Origin: Candidatus Kaiserbacteria bacterium
GTDB taxonomy: Bacteria > Patescibacteriota > Minisyncoccia > Phycocordibacterales > Phycocordibacteraceae
Length of the DNA: 64,000 bases
Direction: 5' to 3'
Assembly (NCBI GenBank): GCA_016182485.1
Contig: JACPGH010000006.1
Coordinates: forward strand, 26,461 to 90,460
Shown here one piece after another: positions 63,968-64,000 of this stretch. Position 1 is the stretch's first letter. Every line of letters starts with the position of its first letter. A program made the position numbers and the translations under genes. The notes beneath the pieces were generated by a model. The model was given only the letters and a program-made list of their open reading frames with translations, did no database searches and was not told where the DNA came from.

Positions 63968-64000
63968 TAACAGCGCGGGGACTCCTGTCCCCGCGCTGTT
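63968..64000. repeat. 31-nt hairpin element, copy 2 (identical to 63592-63622)
   Basis: taACAGCGCGGGGACTCCTGTCCCCGCGCTGTT at the window end. Confidence 0.7.

Overview
The window is a high-GC (roughly 55-60% by eye) bacterial chromosomal segment. It is densely packed and coded almost entirely on the minus strand. Most of it is housekeeping: trpS (partial), pyrD, tyrS with its cognate tRNA-Tyr, an ABC exporter, grpE-dnaK-(TIM-barrel gene)-dnaJ, the distal part of the ribosomal-protein/rpoA operon (infA-rpmJ-rpsM-rpsK-rpsD-rpoA-rplQ) followed by rplM-rpsI, alaS, pepF, ung, mnmA, mltG, leuS, ychF, ddl, uvrC, uvrA. There are six tRNA genes and one tRNA 3'-fragment. Several features together suggest a small-genome lineage, possibly Patescibacteria/CPR. 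This is inference, not proof. The features are: a Cys-less L36, an IF-1 with an insertion, unknown genes where map/adk/secY normally precede infA, a sigma-region-4/HARE-HTH fusion, many DUF membrane proteins, tRNAs packed with 1-nt spacers, and frequent start/stop overlaps.

Accessory or unusual content, in order:
1. A co-directional glycan operon (GT2-GtrA fusion, GH8, BcsA-like processive GT2 with QxxRW, GT-C/PMT-like) flanked by a divergent GT-C gene and a convergent secreted GH6. A second large secreted glycoside hydrolase shares a previously unnamed ~95-aa domain with the GH6. A 650-aa secreted tandem-repeat protein lies nearby.
2. A nuclease cluster next to ung: a Cas4-like Fe-S PD-(D/E)xK nuclease and an ATP-cone/Mrr-like nuclease.
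3. A standalone DUF262 (GmrS-like) gene.
4. A tRNA-Pro paralog with a 9-nt anticodon loop.
5. A tRNA-Ala(UGC) followed by a duplicated 3' fragment carrying a 52-nt hairpin inside its T-loop, with a GIY-YIG gene running into the tRNA.
6. A 51-bp duplication of the rpsI 3' end flanking a DUF2283 gene.
7. In-frame paired palindromes inside leuS.
8. Tandem TAGGCNN heptamers at four gene junctions.
9. An apparent frameshift in rplQ.

No rRNA genes and no CRISPR array were found. All calls come from manual reading of the sequence and the ORF track. Domain and family names are pattern recognition, not search results.
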